Shown here in pieces: positions 17,813 to 27,500 of a stretch of 64,000 nt of DNA. Within the stretch, counting starts at the first letter, position 1. Each line of letters starts with the position of its first letter. Location of the stretch: positions 2,496,001 to 2,560,000 of the forward strand of contig CAXXDV010000003.1 of the NCBI GenBank assembly GCA_963674745.2. Reading direction: 5' to 3'. This stretch comes from Desulfosudaceae bacterium (GTDB taxonomy: Bacteria > Desulfobacterota > Desulfobacteria > Desulfobacterales > Desulfosudaceae). The translations under genes and the position numbers were made by a program. The notes beneath the pieces are model-generated. The model saw only the letters and a program-made list of their open reading frames with translations. It had not been told where the DNA came from and made no database searches.

Positions 17813-19876
17813 ATGAAAGAAAACGTTTTCAGAAGAATGGTAATCCTTACATTTATTACCCTGACATTGCTGTTTCAATCAGCCGCTGTATTTGCAGTTG
17901 CCCCACCACCCCCGCCCCCGACCTATACCCTGACCGTCAACAACGGCAGTGGTGACGGGGCTTATCCGGCTGATGCGGCAATCAATATTGTTGCCGATGC
18001 AGCTCCGGCCGGCCAGGTGTTTGACCGCTGGGAAGTCGTTTCCGGAGGCGCCCGTATCGCTTCTGTCCGGGTTGCCAGCACCACCGTTACGATGCCGTCA
18101 AATAATGCCACTGTGACCGCGACATACATTGAACCGCAACCGCTTGATTTCAGCTGCCACCCCTATTCCCTGTCAACCTGCGCCATGCCGTACCCGAACG
18201 ACCTTTTTACGCCTGAAGAGATGACAGCTACCTTTTCAGAAGATCTTTTGTCACAGCTCCCTGAAAGTCTATTTCCAACAACCATTCTAAAAGACCGCGA
18301 TGGCTGGTCACCGGTAACGGCCGTATTATTTGAGGTACCCTATAAAATAAACGAATGTGCGCTCCCGCTCAATGGGGATAATGTTCTGAAGGTATTTGAC
18401 ATGGACGACCCCTATGCACCGCCTGTTCCTGTCAGGGTTCGACTCAGCCAGCCTGCCGAAGTAGAGAAGCAAAACTGGCAGATATTGAACCCGGGAGCAA
18501 AGACCCACCAGGTGATTGAAGCATTTCCGCGATCCCGCTTCCCCTTCGGGCACCGGATGGCGGCCGTGCTGACCACCGCCCTGAAGGCAGCCGACGGTAC
18601 CATCCCCACAGCGCCGGAGATACCCGAAGCATATGAAGGCCTGGCCTACGAACTGGCGGGTCGCGGCGTTGATCCGGGTACCATTTTATCCTTGACCGAG
18701 TTTACCATTGCCACGGAAGAAAACACCACCGGCAAGCTGTTTGATATGATCGATGTTATAGAAAATCAGGGTCATCCTGTCAAAGACCTTAAAATAGAAA
18801 GATGGTTAGGCCTGGATGTTGATACAGTCGTGAGAGGCAAAGTCCGCCTGACCAGTTTTCGTGATCTGAATGGCGATGGCATGGTTCACTTTGAAGCGGG
18901 AGATACCGGTAAAGAATACTGGGCTGATTTTGACCTCTTTTTTCCCTCTGAAGCCGATTGGGGGTCGGTGCCTGTCTGTATATACGGACACGGGCTGGAT
19001 GGGGATAAGGAAACAGCTGTTGTCTTCGCGGAATTAAATGCCGATGAAGGGATAGCCACATTGGCCATTGACTGGCCCAACCACGGTACCCGTTCATCAA
19101 AAGACGGCGGTCAAATGAAAACGCTGTTTGCCCCTGAAACCGTAAGTTTTATTACCGGCATGGCCGTTCAGGGTGTTCTTGATTTCCATTCTGTGATGGC
19201 CGCCATACGGGGCAGCCTTGCGGACCTGGACGTGATGCCGCCGCATGAGTGGTATAACTCCTTGAGGCCGGGATATGGCAGGCCGGATATTGATACAGAC
19301 AGGATATATTATATGGGCACCTCCCTGGGCGGTGTTTTCGGGAGCGGCTATGTCGGCAGTGCCACCGGCCTTGACGGCGCTTTTCTGCAGGTCTCCGGCG
19401 TGGGTATTATGCGGACACTGGCGCTTTCCGGCCTGTATGAAAGTATGGGATTTTACAAGATGGTGCCCATGGGCGCCACCCCTTCTGAAACGGCACTTCT
19501 CTTTAACTATGTGCAGAACATCGTGGATGTGGCCGATGGCGCCAACCTGATCCACAATATTCAGGATCCGAATGTCGGCGGGCAGAAAACACCGCTGGTG
19601 GTCCAGTATGGCCTGCATGACAGTATTGTTCACAATGACTCGTCTGAGGCAATGGCTGAAATCGCGGGCCTTAAACAGGTTCCGCCCGTTTGGAGAGACT
19701 TGGCTTATATCCCGAACACATGTGACGATGACGCTCCTTTTGCCCTTGTCCAGGGTACTTGGCCGGTCCCGTCCATTGAGGTTCTTGGACTTGACCTGGC
19801 GATGATCCAGCACATCTCCTTTCTTACACCCAGCGCGCTGTACTATTACGAGAACTGGCTGGCAAATATAAAGTAG
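17813..19876 (+). CDS. secreted lipase-like alpha/beta hydrolase with N-terminal InlB B-repeat-like domain
   Basis: Signal peptide plus PPPPPPP; YTLTVNNGSG...FDRW repeat; PYPND; YGHG; GTSLGG nucleophile; D-S-I-V and late His. Confidence 0.82.
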   Translation: MKENVFRRMVILTFITLTLLFQSAAVFAVAPPPPPPTYTLTVNNGSGDGAYPADAAINIVADAAPAGQVFDRWEVVSGGARIASVRVASTTVTMPSNNATVTATYIEPQPLDFSCHPYSLSTCAMPYPNDLFTPEEMTATFSEDLLSQLPESLFPTTILKDRDGWSPVTAVLFEVPYKINECALPLNGDNVLKVFDMDDPYAPPVPVRVRLSQPAEVEKQNWQILNPGAKTHQVIEAFPRSRFPFGHRMAAVLTTALKAADGTIPTAPEIPEAYEGLAYELAGRGVDPGTILSLTEFTIATEENTTGKLFDMIDVIENQGHPVKDLKIERWLGLDVDTVVRGKVRLTSFRDLNGDGMVHFEAGDTGKEYWADFDLFFPSEADWGSVPVCIYGHGLDGDKETAVVFAELNADEGIATLAIDWPNHGTRSSKDGGQMKTLFAPETVSFITGMAVQGVLDFHSVMAAIRGSLADLDVMPPHEWYNSLRPGYGRPDIDTDRIYYMGTSLGGVFGSGYVGSATGLDGAFLQVSGVGIMRTLALSGLYESMGFYKMVPMGATPSETALLFNYVQNIVDVADGANLIHNIQDPNVGGQKTPLVVQYGLHDSIVHNDSSEAMAEIAGLKQVPPVWRDLAYIPNTCDDDAPFALVQGTWPVPSIEVLGLDLAMIQHISFLTPSALYYYENWLANIK

Positions 19877-19906
19877 TATGCTTACCGTTGATTGAGCGTG
19901 ATGAGC

Positions 19907-19950
19907 AAAACAATGGCCGTGGCAATTATGCCACGGCCATTTGTTTTTTT
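19907..19950 (+). terminator. intrinsic terminator
   Basis: AAAACAATGGCCGTGGCA-ATTA-TGCCACGGCCATTTGTTTTTTT. Confidence 0.8.
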
Positions 19951-19992
19951 ACCGTTTTTCAGCCCTTACGTACTCGTAATAAGTATGAATCA

Positions 19993-20133
19993 TGATGGCA
20001 AAGTAAAAAGTTCAAGATCAAGGCGCCGCAAGTCCTGAGGAATGCAGCGTACTTATATGTACGTGAAATTCCGAAGGGTGCAGCGCAACGCAGCCCGCCG
20101 CCTTGCGGCATTGGACTTTTTACGAAGCCATCA
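19993..20133. mobile_element. MITE-like element of about 140 bp
   Basis: Terminal inverted repeats TGATGGCAAAGTAAAAAGT versus (rc) TGATGGCTTCGTAAAAAGT. Confidence 0.7.
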
Positions 20134-20136
20134 GCC

Positions 20137-22227
20137 TTACCTCTTCCAGCCGTAAGGGATACCCAGTTTTTTCATTTTGCTGCGGAGCGTATTGGGTTTT
20201 ATCTGCAGCAGTTCGGCGGCGCCCCCGGGGCCTGCCACTTTTCCATGGGAAAGGGTCAGCGCCTTGTTTATGTGCCTGATAGTGGCTTCTTCCAAACCCG
20301 GGAAATCATCGTCCTGGCTGCCATTTTCCGGGGTGTTTTTATCAGGAGACTGCTGGAAGACATTTTCAAACGATAAGGGCCTTCCCATGCTCAGGATCAG
20401 TTCCCTTTCGATCACATTTTCCAGCTCGCGAACGTTGCCCGGCCACTCATATTCGGTCAATCGCCTCATGGCGCCCGGTGTCAAAGACGGCTTTTCGTGC
20501 AGATTCAGCTCACGGGATCTCTTTTCAATGAAATGATCCACGAGAGCCGGGATATCAGCACGCCTTGCCCGAAGGGGTGGGATTCTGATGGGGAAAACGT
20601 TCAGGCGGAACCACAAATCCTCCCGGAACTCCCTGGATGCAACCAGTTCCTCGAGATTGCGGTGGGTGGCGGCAATGATGCGGATGTTGACCGGTATGGT
20701 GTCCTTCCCGCCGACACGTTGAATAACTTTATGTTCAATCACCCGGAGCAGGCGGACCTGAACCGGGGGAGGCAGTTCCCCGATCTCATCCAGAAAGACG
20801 GTTCCGTTACTGGCCCTTTCAAAGTGGCCTTTTTTCAGGTTTGTTGCGCCGGTAAAGGCCCCTTTTTCGTGGCCGAACAGTTCGCTGTCCACAAGGGTAT
20901 CCGGGATGGCGCCGCAATTGACCTTAATCAAGGGGGCGTCTTTGCGTGAAGATTCCAGGTGAATATAATTTGCCACCACCTCCTTGCCAACACCGGTTTC
21001 GCCCAGCAGCAATACGGGACTGTCCTGCCCGGCAACGAGGCGGGCGTTGTCCACAACCCCTTTCAGGCCAAGGCCGGCCCCGACTATGGTCTGATTCAGA
21101 TTATCCTTCAGTTCTTCGTGCAGGTTTTTATTTTCAGCTTCAATGATGTTCTTCAGCCGGATGACCTCACGGTGTTTGATATTGTTTGAAAGGGCCAGAA
21201 CGAAAGGATCATGGAGCATTTCAAAAAGCTTTTTGTGCTCTGCTTTGTAGCGACCCTTTCCTTCCAGCCCTACCAGCGCAATACCCACAAGCTTTTTCTT
21301 GTGAATGAGGGGCATGGCAATAAGCGAAAAGTCATTTCCGAATATTTTGGTATGTTGATGTGCTACAGGGTGGCGTTCGGGATTGTTTATTATAAGTGTT
21401 TTAGGAGGGTCCCCAACACCCATGAATTGGGGGTCTTCCGAGACATTCAGGACCGGGAGAAGGGAATCCAGCTTTGAAAAAAAGAAGCCATAGTGCTCGG
21501 CCAGCACACGTTCTGACTGCAATTCCGGCTCTGTCTGCCAGACATGGAGCACGTCCGCAGGCAAAAACCGGCTGAGGTATTGAGCGCAATGCGTGACCCC
21601 GGTTTTAAGGTCTAAATGGCCGCACAACCGCCGTGTGACCTGTCGGAAGAATTCGTTTTTATCAGCCACGGGCTCTTTTTGGGAAGGGTGAAGCTTTTTC
21701 CTGTCGTAATCTTTAATGAGTGCGTCCGCCACCAGTTGAAGGGGCTCTCTCACAGGCGTGAGCAGGCGGGTGTGTTCTTCCGTGAATTTATCCTTTTCGT
21801 CAGCGATGATCATTGCGTTGGCATAAGAACCCTCAGCGTTTTTGAAAATAATATACACGGCTGACCAGTCAAACAATCTGGCACGTTCAGAGATTGACGT
21901 CCCGACGATGTCCCTTTCCGGATGATTTATAACCCAGATATCGGGGTTGTCGGCACTGCATGCCAGGTCAATTATCTCCTGGGGTTGTTCGTACATGAAA
22001 TTTGTTTTTTCCGCCCCTGTGCTCACGGCCTGGGCGATAATCCTGACCAGGCGAAGATCATGATGATTATGAAAGATGCTTATTTTCGTCAGAGGAGCGA
22101 ATTCTGAAATATAGTTGAAAATATCAAAAAGCGCTTCTTCGATGTTGCCCTCTTCCAGGACACGCCGCCTGACCTTATTCAATAATTGATCGGAATCCAT
22201 TTTTATCATCGGTGAGTGCTCATCCAT
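20137..22227 (-). CDS. sigma-54 enhancer-binding protein (two GAF-like domains, AAA+, Fis HTH)
   Basis: [31 protein letters not shown]. Confidence 0.95.
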   Translation of the reverse strand: MDEHSPMIKMDSDQLLNKVRRRVLEEGNIEEALFDIFNYISEFAPLTKISIFHNHHDLRLVRIIAQAVSTGAEKTNFMYEQPQEIIDLACSADNPDIWVINHPERDIVGTSISERARLFDWSAVYIIFKNAEGSYANAMIIADEKDKFTEEHTRLLTPVREPLQLVADALIKDYDRKKLHPSQKEPVADKNEFFRQVTRRLCGHLDLKTGVTHCAQYLSRFLPADVLHVWQTEPELQSERVLAEHYGFFFSKLDSLLPVLNVSEDPQFMGVGDPPKTLIINNPERHPVAHQHTKIFGNDFSLIAMPLIHKKKLVGIALVGLEGKGRYKAEHKKLFEMLHDPFVLALSNNIKHREVIRLKNIIEAENKNLHEELKDNLNQTIVGAGLGLKGVVDNARLVAGQDSPVLLLGETGVGKEVVANYIHLESSRKDAPLIKVNCGAIPDTLVDSELFGHEKGAFTGATNLKKGHFERASNGTVFLDEIGELPPPVQVRLLRVIEHKVIQRVGGKDTIPVNIRIIAATHRNLEELVASREFREDLWFRLNVFPIRIPPLRARRADIPALVDHFIEKRSRELNLHEKPSLTPGAMRRLTEYEWPGNVRELENVIERELILSMGRPLSFENVFQQSPDKNTPENGSQDDDFPGLEEATIRHINKALTLSHGKVAGPGGAAELLQIKPNTLRSKMKKLGIPYGWKR

Positions 22228-22452
22228 AACTTCAAAATATCATAAATGCGTTTTTCTAAACTCTGTCAGGAATCCCTTCCTGCTTTTGGAAATGACTGCA
22301 AAGGCAATTTCAACTTTAAGATTTCAAAGCCCGCGTCAATTTCCAAGTATCATATAAAAAACATATACGAAATACAATATCATCATGCACTTTATTTCGT
22401 ATTCCCTCACCATATATTAAGATAATAATTTGTATTATATCGTTTTTTTTGT

Positions 22453-22468
22453 TGGCACAGAGAATGCT
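22453..22468 (+). promoter_or_regulatory. sigma-54 promoter
   Basis: TGGCACAGAGAATGCT, divergent from the EBP gene. Confidence 0.8.
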
Positions 22469-22578
22469 CTATAGTTTTAAATTAATTAGCGCCGCCGTGC
22501 CGGCTCAAGCCCGGTTATTTCATGAAATATCGGCCAGGGCGCTCAAGACAATCAGCACCAACGAAGAAGGGGGAAAGA

Positions 22579-23649
22579 ATGGAGAAAACAAGAATGGTAA
22601 GTAAAATCATGGTACTGTCATTACTAACCCTGTTTATGCTTGCTCAGTCAGCCATTGTTTTTGGATCGGCCCCGCCGCCGCCTGCACCTACCGGCACCGT
22701 TGAACAACCGGCCACAGGATATGGCTCAAACGGCCCGTATGGCGTCGGCCACAAATCTTTCTGTAACACCAGGGACTTGACCAAGAAAGTGCACATTTTT
22801 TATCCGATTGGCGCAACCCCGGCACCAACGATATTCTTTTCTCATGGTTATACGGGCAGCGACCCGAAATTCTATCAGGCAATGATCGATCATTTTGTCA
22901 GCAACGGGTATTCTGTGGTTTTTCCAAATACGGGTGAAATTGGAATCGTCATATATCCACTCTGGGTTTTTCATACCTACGAGCTTTTCTGGCACGGAAT
23001 GGAACAGGCCGCCAGAAATTACAGCCATCTGATCGACACGGATAAAGTCGGGTTCATCGGGCATTCATTGGGTGCCGGCGCAGTCCCATGGCTTTGCTAT
23101 AAGGGGGCGCAAGAGGGCTGGGGAGACGAAGGGCTATTCATGATTCAATGCGCGCCATGGTACACGTATAATATGAGTGATTGTGAACTGGCCAGCTTTC
23201 CTCCCCACACTAAATATCTGTGCATGAATTATGAAGACGATACAACCAATGACCACCGGATGGGTATCGATATATTTAATCATATAAACATTACCGACCC
23301 GGAAAAAGATTATATCCTGTATCACAGCAGTTCAAATTGTTCTGCCAGCATGGCAGCAGATCACAATTTAATCGTCAGCGAGGATAATGATGGCCCATGC
23401 CTAGATGGCCTGGATTATTATTCGTGGCGGCATATGGATGCCTTAGCCGATTATGCATTTACAGGCAGCCCCGAAGCCTGGGAGATCGCCCTTGGAAATA
23501 ACAGCGATGCCCAAAGATACATGGGGGAATGGACATGTGACGGAACACCTGCAAGAAAGTGCAGCGTAACCGATTACCCGGTCCCATCTAAAGACCAGAC
23601 AGCATATTTGTTCTGGTGGTCCGGTATTTTAAATCCAAGAAATTATTAA
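22579..23649 (+). CDS. secreted alpha/beta hydrolase (chlorophyllase/cutinase-like)
   Basis: Signal peptide plus APPPPAP; GPYGVG, FSHGY, GHSLGAG. Confidence 0.85.
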   Translation: MEKTRMVSKIMVLSLLTLFMLAQSAIVFGSAPPPPAPTGTVEQPATGYGSNGPYGVGHKSFCNTRDLTKKVHIFYPIGATPAPTIFFSHGYTGSDPKFYQAMIDHFVSNGYSVVFPNTGEIGIVIYPLWVFHTYELFWHGMEQAARNYSHLIDTDKVGFIGHSLGAGAVPWLCYKGAQEGWGDEGLFMIQCAPWYTYNMSDCELASFPPHTKYLCMNYEDDTTNDHRMGIDIFNHINITDPEKDYILYHSSSNCSASMAADHNLIVSEDNDGPCLDGLDYYSWRHMDALADYAFTGSPEAWEIALGNNSDAQRYMGEWTCDGTPARKCSVTDYPVPSKDQTAYLFWWSGILNPRNY

Positions 23650-23688
23650 TGAAAAGATAAAAACGCTGATAATCAAAGGAGAAAAGTT

Positions 23689-25035
23689 ATGATTGAATTC
23701 AGCAGAATACGGTTTGGTTTGGTTTTTGCCGTTGTTTTTTGTGTGTTGTTGAGCGGTTGCAAAATCAGCGGTAATGTCAGGGATAACGGGGTTGGTTTAC
23801 AAGGCATCACCGTTACCCTTACCGGCAAGCCGGACAGGCCGACCAATATTGATCATCTCATCACAACAACGGATAGTCGCGGATACTTTGAGTTTGATGA
23901 AATACCGGATGGAGATTATATCGTTACGCCTTCAAAAGAGGGAATGATCTTTGAACCACCACAGCGAAAAGTCTTCTTAACCAATAAAGAACCAGAAGAG
24001 AACCTGACCTTTGAAGCGATCAAAAGCTCGGGCCCCATGAATTTCTACTATGGCAACCTGCATAGCCACTCGAGCTATTCAGATGGTGAGGGTACAGCAG
24101 CCCAGGCTTTTGCCTGGGCAAGGGATAAAGCCGGGCTCGATTTTTATGCCATCACAGATCATGCTTTCATGTTGGTCCACGATACCAACATCGATTTTAA
24201 CCTGGTTGATGAATGGGCTGATGTCAAAAGACAGGCCGATATTTTTTCGCAACAGGATGTATTTGTCGGCATCATCGGCTTTGAATGGAGTCACCCTTTA
24301 CTGGGGCATGTATGTGTTTATGGAACAGAAGATTATACCACTTTTCTCTTAACCGGTGATATGTATTGGTTCTACAGGTGGCTGGCGGAACGGCCCGAAG
24401 CCCTGGCCCAGTTCAATCACCCCGGAAGAGAACCATTGAAATTCAATTGTTTTGCCCTTGAAACAGACGTCCAGGATAATATGTGCGCCCTTGAAACCGG
24501 GAATAAGGATGTCGGCAATAATGACGAAGAATACCTGAACTATTATCACGAGGTGCTTGATAAAGGCTGGAAGGTCGCCCCCACCAGCAACCAGGACAAT
24601 CACAGCCTGGCAACAAATTCTCACCGCACCGTAGTGATTGCACGGGAACTCAGCCGTGATGGAATTTCAGAAGCCATGCGGTCACGCCGCATGTATTCAT
24701 CCGACGATCCCAACATAAAGATTACATATCACTATCAAGACAAATGGATGGGATCGGAAATCGCGGTTGACGCCGCCGCCGTCACGCTCACCATAAACAT
24801 CGAAGACGATGAGCCCATTACCAAAGTTCAACTGATTACCAACGGGGGAAGAATTATTCAGGAAATAACCCCGGCAGCAGGGCAGACAGCCGTGTCCTGG
24901 AATCCGACCGTGATGCTGGGCGGGACAGAATGCTATTTTTATGTTCAGGTTACCGAACAAAATGAGCTTGATGATGATGAGGGCAACACCGAGCAAATTG
25001 CGGTTTCAGCCCCTTTATGGTTCACGCCTATCTAA
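23689..25035 (+). CDS. lipoprotein PHP-domain metallohydrolase (CehA/McbA-like) with N-terminal carboxypeptidase-regulatory-like domain
   Basis: LSGC lipobox; GNLHSHSSYSDG, ITDH, FNHPG, NQDNH. Confidence 0.85.
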   Translation: MIEFSRIRFGLVFAVVFCVLLSGCKISGNVRDNGVGLQGITVTLTGKPDRPTNIDHLITTTDSRGYFEFDEIPDGDYIVTPSKEGMIFEPPQRKVFLTNKEPEENLTFEAIKSSGPMNFYYGNLHSHSSYSDGEGTAAQAFAWARDKAGLDFYAITDHAFMLVHDTNIDFNLVDEWADVKRQADIFSQQDVFVGIIGFEWSHPLLGHVCVYGTEDYTTFLLTGDMYWFYRWLAERPEALAQFNHPGREPLKFNCFALETDVQDNMCALETGNKDVGNNDEEYLNYYHEVLDKGWKVAPTSNQDNHSLATNSHRTVVIARELSRDGISEAMRSRRMYSSDDPNIKITYHYQDKWMGSEIAVDAAAVTLTINIEDDEPITKVQLITNGGRIIQEITPAAGQTAVSWNPTVMLGGTECYFYVQVTEQNELDDDEGNTEQIAVSAPLWFTPI

Positions 25036-25058
25036 TTGTCAATAACCGGTTTAGCAAA

Positions 25059-25095
25059 GGAAAAAGGGCGATGCCAGGCACCGCCCTTTTTTTCC
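25059..25095 (+). terminator. intrinsic terminator-like hairpin
   Basis: GGAAAAAGGGCG...CGCCCTTTTTTTCC. Confidence 0.6.
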
Positions 25096-25103
25096 CTATC
25101 AAT

Positions 25104-25481
25104 ATGACACGGAAACCAATCCGGCAAAAAACCAGATGCATTACCCAGTACGGGATGATTGCCGTTTGTGAAAACCATCCGATGTTTATCGGAGAGGTTC
25201 TTGATATCAGCGCGGAAGGTATGGCCATCAAATGCTTTATTAAACCTGTTGTTAAGCACCGGAACAGGCGTATCCGTCTGATGGGGCCTAAAGGAATAAA
25301 AATTGAGGATATTCCCGCAGAAATCGTATATATTTCAAAAACACCTTTTATTCCTGCCAATAACAAGCAGGATAAAGATCGTTTCTATCGGGTAGGTATA
25401 CGTTTAGCGCCAAAAACAGGACAGGCAGATAAAATCCATCAATTGATTGACGTGATCAGAAAAATGGGCATACCGTCATAA
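25104..25481 (+). CDS. PilZ domain protein
   Basis: RQKTR (RxxxR) and DISAEG (DxSxxG). Confidence 0.7.
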   Translation: MTRKPIRQKTRCITQYGMIAVCENHPMFIGEVLDISAEGMAIKCFIKPVVKHRNRRIRLMGPKGIKIEDIPAEIVYISKTPFIPANNKQDKDRFYRVGIRLAPKTGQADKIHQLIDVIRKMGIPS

Positions 25482-25485
25482 CGGA

Positions 25486-26712
25486 ATGTCGAAACGGTAC
25501 AAACCAATGAGCAGAGAAAACTACAAACTGTTTTCTGAGGGTCGGTTAGGCGGCCTGTCTGTCAAAAATCGCCTGGTCCGATCGGCTACGTATGAGGCGT
25601 GTGCTACTGACGCCGGAAGCGTGACCGAAAAGATGCTCTGCTTGTACAAAGACCTGGCCGCAGGAGGGGTTGGGACGATTATCACCGGTCACATGGCGGT
25701 CTGTCTTTCCGGCAGGGCGATGCCCCGGCAAACCTGCATTCACTCCGATGCTTTTATTGACGACCTGGCCCGGTTGGCTGAAGCGGTTCATAATCAGGGC
25801 GATAACTGCAAGGTGATCGCGCAGTTAAGCCATTGCGGCAGGCAGGTGACCCATCACAACCATGAGGCTGAATGTGTCGGGCCGTCCGAAGTGCCCAGTC
25901 CCCTCCTCAGAAAACAGTGCCGGAAGCTCACCACTAAAGAAGTTAAAAAGGTTATTCAGGACTTCGCAGCGGGTATTGAGCGGGTCAAAAAGGCAGGCTT
26001 TGATGGGGTTCAGCTGCACGCAGCCCACGGCTGGCTGTTGAGTTCGTTTATGTCTCCCTACACAAACCGCCGTAAAGATGAGTACGGCGGTTCTTTAAAA
26101 AACAGGACAAGAATCGTCCGGGAAATTGCGGCCTCGGCCCGAAAAAAAACAGGCGACTTTCCTTTGCTTATCAAGATAAACGCAACCGATTATATAGATG
26201 GCGGGATCAGCGAGAATACTTTTCCGGAACTGGCCCGGGAAGTAAAAGCCTCTGGATTCGACGCCATTGAGGTAAGCGGCGGCATGTGGGATTGCCTTGT
26301 CCGCACAGAAGCGGAACTCGGATTTCGGCCGATGCCCATACCTGAAGCCCACACCAGAATAAGCAGCCCCGAAAAGCAATCCTATTTTTCTAAGGCGGTT
26401 GAATCGCTCCATCTCGACAAACCGGTCATCCTGGTCGGGGGAAACAGAAATGCAGACCGCCTGGAAGAACTGTTGCAAACCAGCGCTGTTGACTTTATTT
26501 CTCTATCCAGACCGTTGATTTCAGAGCCGGATTTGCCCAGGCGCTGGCTTGAAGGAAAAGGCAGTCCCGGCACGGATTGTGTCTCATGCAATTCATGCCT
26601 TCAGACGATATCCGCCGGGGGCAGCCTCGAATGCATGCTTAAACAAAACCGGATTAAACAGGAAATCGTCAGGCGCTTTGCTCCAAAACTCTGGAAATTC
26701 TTATTGAAGTAA
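25486..26712 (+). CDS. NADH:flavin oxidoreductase (old yellow enzyme family)
   Basis: NRLVRSATYE, QLSHCGRQ, GFDGVQLHAAHGWLLSSF, C-terminal CVSCNSC...C. Confidence 0.92.
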   Translation: MSKRYKPMSRENYKLFSEGRLGGLSVKNRLVRSATYEACATDAGSVTEKMLCLYKDLAAGGVGTIITGHMAVCLSGRAMPRQTCIHSDAFIDDLARLAEAVHNQGDNCKVIAQLSHCGRQVTHHNHEAECVGPSEVPSPLLRKQCRKLTTKEVKKVIQDFAAGIERVKKAGFDGVQLHAAHGWLLSSFMSPYTNRRKDEYGGSLKNRTRIVREIAASARKKTGDFPLLIKINATDYIDGGISENTFPELAREVKASGFDAIEVSGGMWDCLVRTEAELGFRPMPIPEAHTRISSPEKQSYFSKAVESLHLDKPVILVGGNRNADRLEELLQTSAVDFISLSRPLISEPDLPRRWLEGKGSPGTDCVSCNSCLQTISAGGSLECMLKQNRIKQEIVRRFAPKLWKFLLK

Positions 26713-26821
26713 AAAATTGCGGCACGACTTTAATATCTCCCGGATTACCTTTAATGCCCCGACCGCGCAAATTTCTTCCGGTACTCCCCGGGGTTAATCC
26801 AGTCCTTTTTACATTTGTTTT

Positions 26822-26857
26822 TTCACAAATTGTCAAATCATATTCACTTATGGTCAA
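26822..26857 (+). promoter_or_regulatory. tandem-repeat operator, copy 4
   Basis: TTCACAAATTGTCAAATCATATTCACTTATGGTCAA. Confidence 0.78.
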
Positions 26858-27099
26858 TACATAGCGCTCAGATATGGTTTAGCCTAATCATTCAGCAGGG
26901 CCATTTATCGACAAATTGGAATAAGCAAAACCCGGTATGAGTAAAAGATAACGGCGGAACTGATGGCCACCCATCAGTTCAGACTTAAAATTATCGTTCC
27001 ATGGTGGAAGTCAATATGAACAAGGGAGAGCATAAGGCCATGAAGACAATCGTGGCCTTTTAATCGTAAAATTCATGAATATAAAAAGGAATTATTGTC

Positions 27100-27453
27100 A
27101 TGAGGTTAAAGATTCTACTGTTGGGCCTGTACTGGTTGCTCTGGTTTTCTTCCAAGACCAACGCCTCTTTTAAGCAGTTTATCCGCAAGGCCAAGGTCCG
27201 GTTTATGATCCGGACAGAAGACGGTCGGTATGCCCGGCTGTTTGTGTTCGACCAGGGCAAAGTCACCACTGCCGTGGGCCCGGACCATCCTTTTGACGCG
27301 GCCCTGACCTGGAAGGACGCCAAAACAGCTTTTTCCACTATGTTAAAGCAGAACATGGAGGCGTTTTTCTACGCTGCCGCAGACGGAAAACTGAGAATAG
27401 AGGGGATGCCTGTGTATGCCCAGTGGTTTGATGCGGCGATGAAGCATATCTGA
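27100..27453 (+). CDS. SCP2 sterol/lipid-binding-like small protein
   Basis: 117 aa; C-terminal ADGKLRIEG resembles the SCP2 GKLKVxG motif. Confidence 0.6.
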   Translation: MRLKILLLGLYWLLWFSSKTNASFKQFIRKAKVRFMIRTEDGRYARLFVFDQGKVTTAVGPDHPFDAALTWKDAKTAFSTMLKQNMEAFFYAAADGKLRIEGMPVYAQWFDAAMKHI

Positions 27454-27500
27454 AAATTCCATATTTAATCATCACAGATAAGAGAGAAGAGGAGAGTCAC

